This document shows positions 26,242 through 36,100 of a stretch of 64,000 nt of DNA, one piece after another; within the stretch, counting starts at the first letter, position 1, and every line of letters begins with the position of its first letter. The notes under the pieces are model-generated. The model saw only the letters and a list, made by a program, of their open reading frames with translations, did no database searches and was not told the DNA's origin. The stretch is from an uncultured Acidobacteriota bacterium (GTDB taxonomy: Bacteria > Acidobacteriota > Vicinamibacteria > Vicinamibacterales > UBA2999). The translations under genes and the position numbers were made by a program. The stretch spans positions 5,295 to 69,294 of the forward strand of contig CAWHBF010000010.1 in the NCBI GenBank assembly GCA_963827515.1, given 5' to 3'.

Positions 26242-28167
26242 ATGGCTCCCTGGCCACACACCTGCGCAACGTCCTGGCGGCTCCCCGTGGCGTTGCTGGT
26301 GCTGCTCGCCATCGTCGTACCTGCTGAGGCGCAAGACAATCTCGTCCGCGTCAAGAGTTTCACCATCGACGGCACCCGGGCCATTCCGGCCTCACGCCTC
26401 AAGGCCGTCTTGCAGACAAAAGCGAGCGGCCGGTTCTTCTGGGGTCGCGCGCGATACTTCGATCGGCGTTCGTTCGAGACCGATCTGCGACGCATCGAGG
26501 CCTACTACATCGACCATGGATATCCGGACGCGCGCATCGAGTCCTTTGACGCGGCCCTCGATGAGGATGAGCGCTCGATTGACCTGACCGTCGTGGTTGA
26601 CGAGGGCGAGCCGGTTCTTATCGGTGAAGTCTTGCTGGAAGGACTGGTCGGGCTGACCGATGACGACGTCACAACGTTGCGCGGGAAGCTACCCGTCAAG
26701 GCCGGGCTGGTCAAGGATCGCGCCCTCGTCGAAAGTGCCAGGGGGATGGTCGCGCGGGCGCTGCAAGACCATGGGTATCCGTCGTCCCGCGTCGCGGTGG
26801 AAGAGCGCGGAGGTGCTGCCGACCGGCAGGTCACACTCGCGTTCGTCGGTCTCGTCGGCGAAGCCGCGGTCTTCGGACCCGTCTCCATCGAGGGCAATTT
26901 GAGTATCGGCGAGAACGTGATCCGCCGTGCCCTCGCGTTCACGCCAGGAGACCGCTTCAGCCTCGCCAGCGTCCAGCAGAGTCAACGCCGCCTCTACGAT
27001 CTCGACCTGTTCAGCCTGGTCAACATCAGCAACGCCGAGGAAGGCGCACGCGGTGGCCAAGTCCCGATGCGGGTCACCGTGGCCGAGGGGGACCATCGGC
27101 AGGTTCAGTTCAGCGCCGGCTACGGAAGCGAAGAGCGCCTCCGTGCAGAGTCGACGCTGCGCCATCTCAATTTTTTCGGCGGCGCCCGAACGGCCAGTGC
27201 CCAGGGCAAATGGTCGTCCCTCGAGCGGGGGGTGCGGACAGAGCTACGACAACCGCACCTGTGGCGCGCGGACATGTCGCTGACGTTGTCGGCGCAAAGC
27301 TGGCTTTCGGATGAGCCCGCGTACAGACTGCACAGCCGCGGGGGACGAGCGACGGTTACGCACGAGCTCAGCCGGCCCGACGTGGTCTCGGGCCGCGGTG
27401 CCGTCTCGAGCATCTCGGGTACCTGGATCTACGAACGCGAGGCCTACACGATCTCCCCGGAGGGACTCGCCGATCTCAGTTTTCGAAGTCAGTTGATTGC
27501 GCTCGGACTCGATCCCACCACAGGTGAGGGGAACGGGATCCTCAACGCGTTCGCCGTGGACTATCGACGCAGCACGACGGCCAATGTCCTCGATAGCACA
27601 CGAGGGTACGTCGCGCGGGTGCACGTCGAGCGGGGAGGCGCATTGCTGCCGGGAGATTACAACTACACCGAAGTCGCCCTCGAAGGGCGACACTACAAGA
27701 CGCTCGGGGGGCTGGGGGTACTCGCCAACCGCGCACGCATCGCCACCATCGACTCCCACGGAGTCGCGCCAGAGGCCGGCGTCCCCTTCTTCAAACGGTA
27801 CTTTCTGGGGGGTTCGAACAGCCTTCGCGGCTGGGGTCGTTTTGAGGTTGCGCCACTCAGCGACGAGGGACTGCCGATCGGCGGACACAGCCTCGTAGAG
27901 CTCTCCTCCGAGCTTCGCGTGCCTCTATTCGGACGCTTCGGCGCGGTCGTGTTCGTGGATGCCGGCAACGTGCGGTCTGACGCGTGGGATCTCAGCATGT
28001 CGGGCCTCCGCTATGACGTAGGACCAGGGATTCGCTACATGAGCCCCGTGGGCCCACTCCGCGTCGATGCCGGCTATCAGATCAATCCGATTCCCGGCCT
28101 GGTCGTCGATGGCGAGACGCTGCTTCGACGCTGGCGTCTCCATTTCAGCATCGGGCAAACGTTCTGA
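26242..28167 (+). CDS. tamA: Translocation and assembly module outer membrane protein TamA (Omp85 family)
   Basis: Signal peptide, POTRA repeats (VKSFTIDGTRAIPASRLKAVLQTKASGRFFWG; IGEVLLEGLVGLTDDDV; FGPVSIEGNLSIGENVIRRAL). Surface-antigen barrel ending GLRYDVGPGIRYMSPVGPLRVDAGYQINP...HFSIGQTF. Lies immediately upstream of tamB. Confidence 0.85.
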   Translation: MAPWPHTCATSWRLPVALLVLLAIVVPAEAQDNLVRVKSFTIDGTRAIPASRLKAVLQTKASGRFFWGRARYFDRRSFETDLRRIEAYYIDHGYPDARIESFDAALDEDERSIDLTVVVDEGEPVLIGEVLLEGLVGLTDDDVTTLRGKLPVKAGLVKDRALVESARGMVARALQDHGYPSSRVAVEERGGAADRQVTLAFVGLVGEAAVFGPVSIEGNLSIGENVIRRALAFTPGDRFSLASVQQSQRRLYDLDLFSLVNISNAEEGARGGQVPMRVTVAEGDHRQVQFSAGYGSEERLRAESTLRHLNFFGGARTASAQGKWSSLERGVRTELRQPHLWRADMSLTLSAQSWLSDEPAYRLHSRGGRATVTHELSRPDVVSGRGAVSSISGTWIYEREAYTISPEGLADLSFRSQLIALGLDPTTGEGNGILNAFAVDYRRSTTANVLDSTRGYVARVHVERGGALLPGDYNYTEVALEGRHYKTLGGLGVLANRARIATIDSHGVAPEAGVPFFKRYFLGGSNSLRGWGRFEVAPLSDEGLPIGGHSLVELSSELRVPLFGRFGAVVFVDAGNVRSDAWDLSMSGLRYDVGPGIRYMSPVGPLRVDAGYQINPIPGLVVDGETLLRRWRLHFSIGQTF

Positions 28168-28169
28168 CC

Positions 28170-31100
28170 ATGAGGCTCCAGCGAATGGTTCGGCACGGCG
28201 CCATCCTGCTGTTCGCCCTGCTTGTTGTCGTCGGCATCGCGGCGCTGACGACACAGACGGCGGCCTTCAGAGATTGGGCTCGGGGACTGGCCGAGCGCCA
28301 GGCAGGCAGGCTCCTGAACGGCGATCTCACGATCGGCCGGCTCGACGGCAATCTCTTCACTGGGGCCGAGCTGCACGATGTCACCGTCCGCCAGAACGGA
28401 CGCGAGATCATTCGGATCGGCAGAGCCACGGCCCGGTACGATCTGCGTCGTCTCCTCAGCACGGACCTTGCGCTGACGGATGTGACCCTCGTACGTCCCA
28501 CGATCGTCCTCGTACACAACGAGGACGGGTGGCCCATCGCCAACTTGCTCCGGCGCCGGAGTGAAGCGCCCGCCACGAGACGAACGTTCGCCATCACGTC
28601 GCTCAAAGTCGAAAACGGGACCGTCGTCATCGAGGACAGTACCCCGGGCAACGGAATCGATCTGCCGGAGCGATTTCACGACCTTCACACGAATATGGCC
28701 TTCGTTGCGGCTGGCGGGCAGATTGACCTCGACTTTACCAGCGCGGCTTTCCGCGCAACTGGACCGGATTTCGAGGTGCGCTCCCTGACCGGCCGGCTCG
28801 TCAACGGGAACGGCGTGTTCCAGCTGGATCGTCTCCGAATGCGCACGGTCCACAGCGCGATCGATCTGGATAGCCGGTATCGGGGAACTGGGCCGTCCCG
28901 CCGTCTGCAGGCGACGATCCACGCTTCCCCACTCCACATCGACGAGTTCGCCTCCTACCTGCCGGCTCTTGCCGGTCGCGGGCTCTCGCCGCGGTTTGCC
29001 GTCGATCTCGACGGACCGTTCGAGGCACTCGCCGTGAAGGGGACCTTCGTAGAGCCCACGATCGGTTCGTTTCGCCCAGATGTCACCCTCGACCTTCGGA
29101 CACCCACTCGAGCCGTGCGAGGGGCTGTCGCCTTCGAGCGTGTGAACCTGGCGACCCTGCTCGACAACGATGCACTTGCCAGCCGCCTCACGGGCACGGC
29201 CTCCGTCAACCTCACGATCCCGGAATCCGCGCCATTTGGCGGCGTGGCGGGTCAGGTGGTCGTTCATTCCGGAGCCTCCGAATTCGCCGGCTATCGCTAC
29301 GCGGCACTCGACGGAACAATCAGGGTAAAAGGCCGTGAGTTCGCGGTCGCCGTGGACGCACGTGCATATGGAGCGGTCGCACGCGTGAATGGCACTCTCG
29401 GGCCCGGCGGTTCCGGGGTGGCATACAACCTGAGCGGGCGCGTTCGCAATGTTGATCTCCGCAGGCTCCCTCCCCAGCTTCGCATCCCGAAGCTCGAGAG
29501 CCGCGTCGCGGGAGCTTACACGGCGGTTGGCGTGGGTAGCAGGATCGACGGAACACTGGCATTCGACGCCTCGGAAATTGAGGGCGTGCGGATCGATGCG
29601 GGGAGCCGTGGCCGCATCAGCCTGTCCGACTCGGTTCCCCAGTATGGCTTCGATGGACGCGTGGCCGACCTCGACCTGAGGCGCATCGGCCGCACGATGA
29701 ACATCCAGTTTCTCGACCAGGATCGGTTTACGAGCCGCCTCACAGGACAGGTGACGCTCGATGGCTCGGGAAGTGGCCTGACCGCACTTCGACTGACCGC
29801 GGCCACGACGCTCGAGCCGTCCGAGATGTTCAACGCGACCCTGCGGTCCGCGTCGATTCGCGCACACATCGAAGGCCGGGAGCTAACCGCATCGGCACTG
29901 GGCGAGTTCTCCTCCCTGAACCTGGAGGGGTTGACCGGGCGCGAACAGCTGCGTGGCGAGATCGCGGGAGCCTTCGACGTGCGGACCACGATCGCCGGCC
30001 TCGGACAACCGATTACGCTGGATACCGTCTCAGGCGATGGCACGGTTCGCCTCGAGGCCTCGACAATCGGTCCCATCGCCATCGACACCGCCGTCCTGGA
30101 AGGACAGTACGCCGAGCGCGGCGGTGAAGTCAGGTCCCTCCATGTCGTCGGTCCTCAACTCGAAATTACGGCGAGCGGGCCGCTCGCGCTGGGAGACAGC
30201 GGCGAGTCGAAGCTGGAGTACCACGTCGTGCATGGCCGTCTCGAGGAACTCGCGCCGCTCGTGGGCCGGGATGTCGCGGGCCGGCTCAGGCTCGATGGAA
30301 TCCTCTCCGGCAACGGCGCCCACCTGGCATCGACGGGAACATCGACGCTGGCACCATTGCGCGTAGACGCCTCGTTCGACGCCTTGGAGGTCACCTCGGC
30401 ATTCGAGGCCTCGATCGCGGACTTCGGCCTTGATTCCTTGCGCGTCACCGCTGACATCGAGTCCGTGTTGCCGACGATAGCCGGACGTAACCTCAGCAGC
30501 CTGACTGCCGCCATCCTGTATGCGGACCGAGAGCTGGAGTTCCAGTCGACGGTTGTGGAGACAGGTCGCACGGCGACCGTCATGGGACGACTGGTCACGC
30601 TCACGGATGGACGTGAGGTTCGTGTCGAACAGCTCGCCGTCGAGGCTGCAGGCGTGACGTGGAGCAACAGAGCGGATCAGCCCTTCACGGCTCGATATGC
30701 CACGAACGGTCTCCTCACGGTAAAGGACCTGGAACTGACCAGCGGCAATCAGCGACTGCTTACCGAGGGCAGTTTGAGCCTGGGGCCAGGCGTAGACGGA
30801 AGTCTGGACGTCCGTTTTGAAGAGGTGGACCTGGCGGGTCTCGGCGCGCTGCTGCTCGAACCACGCACGCTGGGCGGGATCCTCAACGGCACCGGACGCG
30901 TGACCGGCGATTCCGAGACTCGCCTCGTCACCGGAAAGCTGGCGGTCGCCAACGGGCTTGTGGAAGGTTTTCGCTTCGAATCGCTCGACGCCTCCGTTCG
31001 CGTCGCCCGAGGGCGTGTGGGCGTTGAAGCGCTGCTACGTCAGGCTCCGGGCGCCGAGTTGACCGTGAGTGGCGAGCTGGCCACGTCCGCAGAAGGGGCG

Positions 31101-32474
31101 TCCGGTGACGAGCCCTTGAGTCTGGACATCATGAGTGCCGGTATCGACCTGGCGCTGCTCGACGCCGTGAGCACCGCGACCGAGGATGCCGCCGGACGCC
31201 TTCTCGTCGACCTCCGTGTCACCGGCACGGCTGCGGCGCCACGGATGGCGGGGTCTCTCAACGTGCGAAACGGCACTTTCACCGTCGCGGCTACGGGCAT
31301 GCAGTACTCCAGCGCGACGCTCGATGTGCTGTTCGAAGGCGACCGGCTGCGGATTGACACCCTGAGCCTCCTCGACGACAACGGCGAGCGCCTCGACGGC
31401 TCCGGCACGCTGAGTATTGAAGGCCGGCGGGTGCAGGCTGTCGATCTCACCGTTCGAGCCAACGAGTTCAAGGTCTTGGGAAACGAGCTGGGCGAGTTGT
31501 CGGTCGATACCACACTGAACGTCTACGGAACGGTGCTCGCTCCGAAGATCGCCGGCCTCGTTCGTGTCCACGCGGGACGTCTGGAGGTGGACGCCCTGGT
31601 CGATCGGTTTACGTCGAACGCCTACGCGCTGCCATCAGGCGAGGCCGACGTCGAAGCGGACGTTCCCGCAACTGATCCGACCGGTCCGACACTCGACTTG
31701 ACGGTTCAAGTGCCGGGTAATCTCGTCCTGCGAGGAAGAGACATCCGCCCCGCCGACTCGGCGGTCGCCCTCGGCGATCTGAACGTCACCGTGGGAGGGG
31801 ACTTCAGCATCCGACAAGTGCCGGGGGCGCAGCCGGTACTCGTGGGTACCGTGACGGCCGTGCGCGGGACCTACGGCTTCCAGGGACGGCGATTCGAGGT
31901 GCTCAGAGATGGGACGATCGCGTTCAGAGGCGAGCGACCGATCGACCCCTCGTTCGACCTTCAGGCGGAACGTGTCGTCTCGGGCATCGTGGCACACGTC
32001 AACATCGCGGGGACGATGCGTAGTCCGAACCTTACGCTTTCGAGTCGGCCCCCCCTCGAGGAGGCGGACATCTTGTCGCTCATTCTGTTCAACGAGCCCG
32101 TCAACCGACTCGGCACGGGCCAGAGGGACGCGCTGGGGGAACGAGCCGTCGGCCTTGCGAGCGGATTCGTGGTCGCCCCCATCTCGGATACTCTCGAGCA
32201 CGCTCTCGATGTCGACCTCTTCGAGCTCGAGGCCGTCACCGAGGGCGGTGGTCCCGCCATCACCCTCGGCGAGCAAGTGGGTGAGCGGCTGTTCGTCCGG
32301 TTCCGACAGACATTTGGCGCGCAGGACACGAGTGAATTCCAGCTCGAATATCAGCTGAGCGAATTCCTACGGCTACAGGGATCCTTCTCCGAGGGGAAAG
32401 GACGCGCGGACCGTACGCTCACACGCAGAGTGGAGCGCAGCGGCATCGATCTGGTGGTGTTCTTCAGCTATTGA
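28170..32474 (+). CDS. tamB: Translocation and assembly module protein TamB (DUF490)
   Basis: 1434 aa with an N-terminal signal anchor ILLFALLVVVGIAALT and a long beta-rich repetitive body. DUF490-type C-terminus ...GTMRSPNLTLSSRPPLEEADILSLILFN...FQLEYQLSEFLRLQGSFSE. The start is 2 nt after the tamA stop. Confidence 0.85.
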   Translation: MRLQRMVRHGAILLFALLVVVGIAALTTQTAAFRDWARGLAERQAGRLLNGDLTIGRLDGNLFTGAELHDVTVRQNGREIIRIGRATARYDLRRLLSTDLALTDVTLVRPTIVLVHNEDGWPIANLLRRRSEAPATRRTFAITSLKVENGTVVIEDSTPGNGIDLPERFHDLHTNMAFVAAGGQIDLDFTSAAFRATGPDFEVRSLTGRLVNGNGVFQLDRLRMRTVHSAIDLDSRYRGTGPSRRLQATIHASPLHIDEFASYLPALAGRGLSPRFAVDLDGPFEALAVKGTFVEPTIGSFRPDVTLDLRTPTRAVRGAVAFERVNLATLLDNDALASRLTGTASVNLTIPESAPFGGVAGQVVVHSGASEFAGYRYAALDGTIRVKGREFAVAVDARAYGAVARVNGTLGPGGSGVAYNLSGRVRNVDLRRLPPQLRIPKLESRVAGAYTAVGVGSRIDGTLAFDASEIEGVRIDAGSRGRISLSDSVPQYGFDGRVADLDLRRIGRTMNIQFLDQDRFTSRLTGQVTLDGSGSGLTALRLTAATTLEPSEMFNATLRSASIRAHIEGRELTASALGEFSSLNLEGLTGREQLRGEIAGAFDVRTTIAGLGQPITLDTVSGDGTVRLEASTIGPIAIDTAVLEGQYAERGGEVRSLHVVGPQLEITASGPLALGDSGESKLEYHVVHGRLEELAPLVGRDVAGRLRLDGILSGNGAHLASTGTSTLAPLRVDASFDALEVTSAFEASIADFGLDSLRVTADIESVLPTIAGRNLSSLTAAILYADRELEFQSTVVETGRTATVMGRLVTLTDGREVRVEQLAVEAAGVTWSNRADQPFTARYATNGLLTVKDLELTSGNQRLLTEGSLSLGPGVDGSLDVRFEEVDLAGLGALLLEPRTLGGILNGTGRVTGDSETRLVTGKLAVANGLVEGFRFESLDASVRVARGRVGVEALLRQAPGAELTVSGELATSAEGASGDEPLSLDIMSAGIDLALLDAVSTATEDAAGRLLVDLRVTGTAAAPRMAGSLNVRNGTFTVAATGMQYSSATLDVLFEGDRLRIDTLSLLDDNGERLDGSGTLSIEGRRVQAVDLTVRANEFKVLGNELGELSVDTTLNVYGTVLAPKIAGLVRVHAGRLEVDALVDRFTSNAYALPSGEADVEADVPATDPTGPTLDLTVQVPGNLVLRGRDIRPADSAVALGDLNVTVGGDFSIRQVPGAQPVLVGTVTAVRGTYGFQGRRFEVLRDGTIAFRGERPIDPSFDLQAERVVSGIVAHVNIAGTMRSPNLTLSSRPPLEEADILSLILFNEPVNRLGTGQRDALGERAVGLASGFVVAPISDTLEHALDVDLFELEAVTEGGGPAITLGEQVGERLFVRFRQTFGAQDTSEFQLEYQLSEFLRLQGSFSEGKGRADRTLTRRVERSGIDLVVFFSY

Positions 32475-32565
32475 ATCGCCCTGGAGCGGCCGAGTCGTGC
32501 GCGCTGGGGACGCAACGACACAGCCGGGGCCGAGGTGCTTCGATACGAGGGCGTGACCTCGTCCG

Positions 32566-32973
32566 TCAGACGTTGGCTTCGTCCAGGAATGCACGACCAC
32601 GCCGTGGCGTGTGCTTGCGCGGATCGACCTCGACCAGCTCTTCGCACTCGCAGCAGCGAATCGCAAACGGCATGGCCGCGAGCCGCTGCTCCGAGATCTC
32701 CTGGTCACACTCGGAACAGAGGCCGTATTCACCCTCAGCCAGGCGATCGAGCGCTTCGTCGATGCGCTGGATCGTTTCGGTCTTCATTCCAAGCAGCGTG
32801 TATTGGAGATCTTCCTCGTGAAAGCGCTCCCCCAGGTCCAGCATGTCGCCCAGGTATGGCTCTCGCGATTCGTCACGGGCTTCTCGAAGCTTGTCGGCGA
32901 TCTCGCCGAGCAGTCGCCCGCGGTAGGACTCGAACATATGTCGCAATCGAACCTCGCGCTCTCTCGTCGTCAT
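32566..32973 (-). CDS. DksA/TraR-family C4 zinc-finger protein
   Basis: Coiled-coil N-terminal part, then IDEALDRLAEGEYGLCSECDQEISEQRLAAMPFAIRCCECE (CxxC-N17-CxxC). Confidence 0.85.
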   Translation of the reverse strand: MTTREREVRLRHMFESYRGRLLGEIADKLREARDESREPYLGDMLDLGERFHEEDLQYTLLGMKTETIQRIDEALDRLAEGEYGLCSECDQEISEQRLAAMPFAIRCCECEELVEVDPRKHTPRRGRAFLDEANV

Positions 32974-33157
32974 GTCAGGCTCCCCGGCAATGAGGCAATC
33001 CTCAATTTCAGGGGGTAGGACTGCAACTGACGGGCCATCGAGCCAAGCTCAAGACTGACAATCGGTTAGAGATCATCCGGAGGTTCCGGACGGTCTCCGC
33101 CTGGTAGGTTCTGCCAGCACAGGCTGTATTGCTTACCTGGGCGACGGGCTGGATACC

Positions 33158-36100
33158 TCAATACCTGGACGCATCGCTGACCAGCGCTCTCGTGGTCTGC
33201 CCAGCAGGAACGCCCATGACGATCCGGACGTCGTGTACCCGCCCATCATCGACAAGGGGGATGGCGGTGTAGTCCACGGCAGCGCCATCGAGCTCCGCGT
33301 GTGACACGCCAGAGCTGGACCGCGCGGCATTGTCCACAAGGATGCGATACCGGCTCGCACCAAAACGCCATTCGAGGCGGTACTCCGCCCAGACCCCTGG
33401 GATGCACGGGTCGATCATGAACACCGACCCGCGGCGGCGGAGACCCAGGATGCTCTCAATAGCGACTCGATACATCAGGCCCGCGGAGGCCGTGTACCAG
33501 GTCCATCCCCCTCGTCCGGCATGCTGAGGGTGAGCGTAGACATCCGCCGCCACGACGTACGGCTCCACGATGTAACGCCCGACCGCGGCGGCATCGCGTG
33601 TGTGATTGATGGGGTTCAGCATGTGAAACAGTTCGACCGCTTCATCGCCGTAACCAAGCTTTGCGAGTGCCATGACGGTCCAGAGAGCCGCGTGCGTGTA
33701 CTGACCGCCGTTCTCGCGGATGCCGGGAGGATAGGCCTTGATGTAGCCAGGGTTCTTCACGCCGCGGTCGAACGGCGGCGTCAGCAACAGCAGCACTTGG
33801 ACGTCACGTCGAATCAATCGACTGCGCACGGCGTCCATCGCGCGCTCTGCTCGACGGACAGGCGCAGCGCCCGAGAGAACGGCCCACGACTGGGCGATCG
33901 AATCAATCTGGCATTCGGACGTGACCGCCGACCCCAGGGGCGTCCCATCGTCGAAGTACGCCCGTCGGTACCATTCCCCGTCCCACGACTGTTCGAGCGC
34001 CCCTTTCAGGCGTTGCGCCTCCAGTCGGTATCGAGCCGCCAGGGCGCGTTCACCTCGTGCGTCCGCAATCGGCGCGAACTCGTCCAGCACACGGAATAGA
34101 AACCAGCCGAGCCACACGCTTTCGCCTCGGCCCTCGCGACCGACACGGTTCATGCCATCGTTCCAATCGCCGCTGCCGATGAGCGGCAGCCCGTGCTCCC
34201 CCAGATTGATGCCTCGGTGGATGGCCCGGACACAGTGCTCGAAGAGCGAGGCTTTCTCGTCGGACACCCGAGGCAGCGTGTAGGCTTCGGTCTCGTCGGG
34301 TTTCAGTTGGGGCGCTTCGAGAAAGGGAACGACCTCATCGAACACCCCCGTGTCGCCTGTCGACAGGACGTAGTGCACAGCCACGTGCGGGAGCCAGAGC
34401 AAATCGTCGGAACATCTGGAGCGAACACCCTGTCCGCCAGGAGTGTGCCACCAGTGCTGCACGTCTCCCTCGATGAACTGGCGGCTCGCCGCGTTGAGCA
34501 GATGACTCCGGCACATGTCGGGCCGGCTGTAGACAAGGGCCATCACGTCCTGCAACTGATCGCGAAAGCCAAATGCGCCGCCCGGCTGGTAAAAGCCCGT
34601 CCTCGCCCACAGGCGCGCGCTGACGTTCTGATACTGGAGCCACCCGTTGACGATCAGATCGAAAGAATCGTCAGGCGTGTGGACCTGAATGGCGTCCAGC
34701 ACGCCATCCCACAAGCTGCCGACATCAGTACGTGTGCGAGAGGCGCTTTCGGGACTCCCGTACTGGCGTATCAGCGCGCGCACCTCCTCCTCGGATCGCC
34801 CTTCGCCCAGGAGGAAGACGAGCTCCCGAGTTTCGCCGGGGCGCAGGACCACTTCCACATGGAACGTGGCGCACGGGTCGAGGCCCGCGCCCACGCGGTT
34901 CGACAAACTCGGCTCCGAGAGCGCGCGTGGACGTTGAATCGTCCCGTGCCGACCCAGGAAGTCACGACGATCGCCGCAGAACGAACGAGGTGGTGCGCTG
35001 CTCCACGCGAAGGCCAACCGTTCGCTCCATGCGGCGTCACGAAAACGGTTGCTCGCGAAAATGGCGCCGGTCTCAGCGTCAAGGCTGGTCACGACGTGGC
35101 GCTGGTGCCCCGTGCGCGGGGGGCCCAGCAGCCACTCGGTATGGCTGAATACGCTGAGTCGACGGTTGCTGGACGATGAGTTCGTCAACGCGAGCACGGA
35201 CAGCTTGACCGGATCCGAAGGCGAGACGAATACATCCAAGGTCTGTCGAATCGGCGTGCCGTGCCTCTCGAAACGAGTGAAGCCGCGGCCGTGTCGGACG
35301 ATCCATTGAGTTCCAGTCGTCCGGGCCATGGGGCCTGGCGTGGCACCCCAGACCTCGTCGGTGTCGTCATCCCGCAAGACCAGGGTTTCCCCCGTGGGTT
35401 CGGACACCGCATCATGCGCGCACGGCGTGAGGCGGTTCTCACGGCTGTTCTGACACCATGTAAACGACGAACCGGCCGCGGTGATGAGGGTCCCGAAATC
35501 GGGATTGGCGAGGATGTTCGACCAGGGAGCCGCGGTGTTCTTTTCACCGTCCAGCACCATGACGTACTCACGGCCGTCGGCACTGAAGCCCCCGACACTG
35601 TTGGCCATCAGCAGCGGCAGGTCGACCGGAGAATCGGACCGGCCGGCTTCTTGGGTGTCGTGACGCCAGACAATCGGTGCAATCGGGGCGGGTGACGGCC
35701 GATCGAGCTGATGGACCAAATCGCCCCGACTGCCGCTGAGCACGGCTTTCGCGGCGGCCTCGAGCACGTGGCGGTCGCCGGCCGACAGACTGTCCCCTCT
35801 CAACAGGTAGACGCCACCGGGCCTGTCCTTCCACCCGGCCCACGGTCCGCGGTCGACGAGTCCTTCCAGTTGTTCGTGCATCTCGTCGAGGTAGCTGGTC
35901 GGGTGCTCGTTCACGATCACCACGTCCGCCCGGAGCGCCTGCAGGCGCCAATACTCCTGCGCCCGAAGGATCTGGCGGACGAACCGCAAATCGTCGGCGC
36001 CGGCGGCACTCACCAGCACGATCGGCAGGTCTCCAGAGATGCCGTGTGCCCACAAACCCGAGACGCCCAGAACGTTCTGGCGAAGAACCTCCGCCGGGGC

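Noticed and set aside
28077-29867. 596-aa minus-strand ORF inside tamB
   Set aside because: It is antisense to a well-supported 1434-aa gene. Its composition is Arg/Gly/Pro-rich with no recognisable motifs, which is typical of shadow ORFs in GC-rich DNA.
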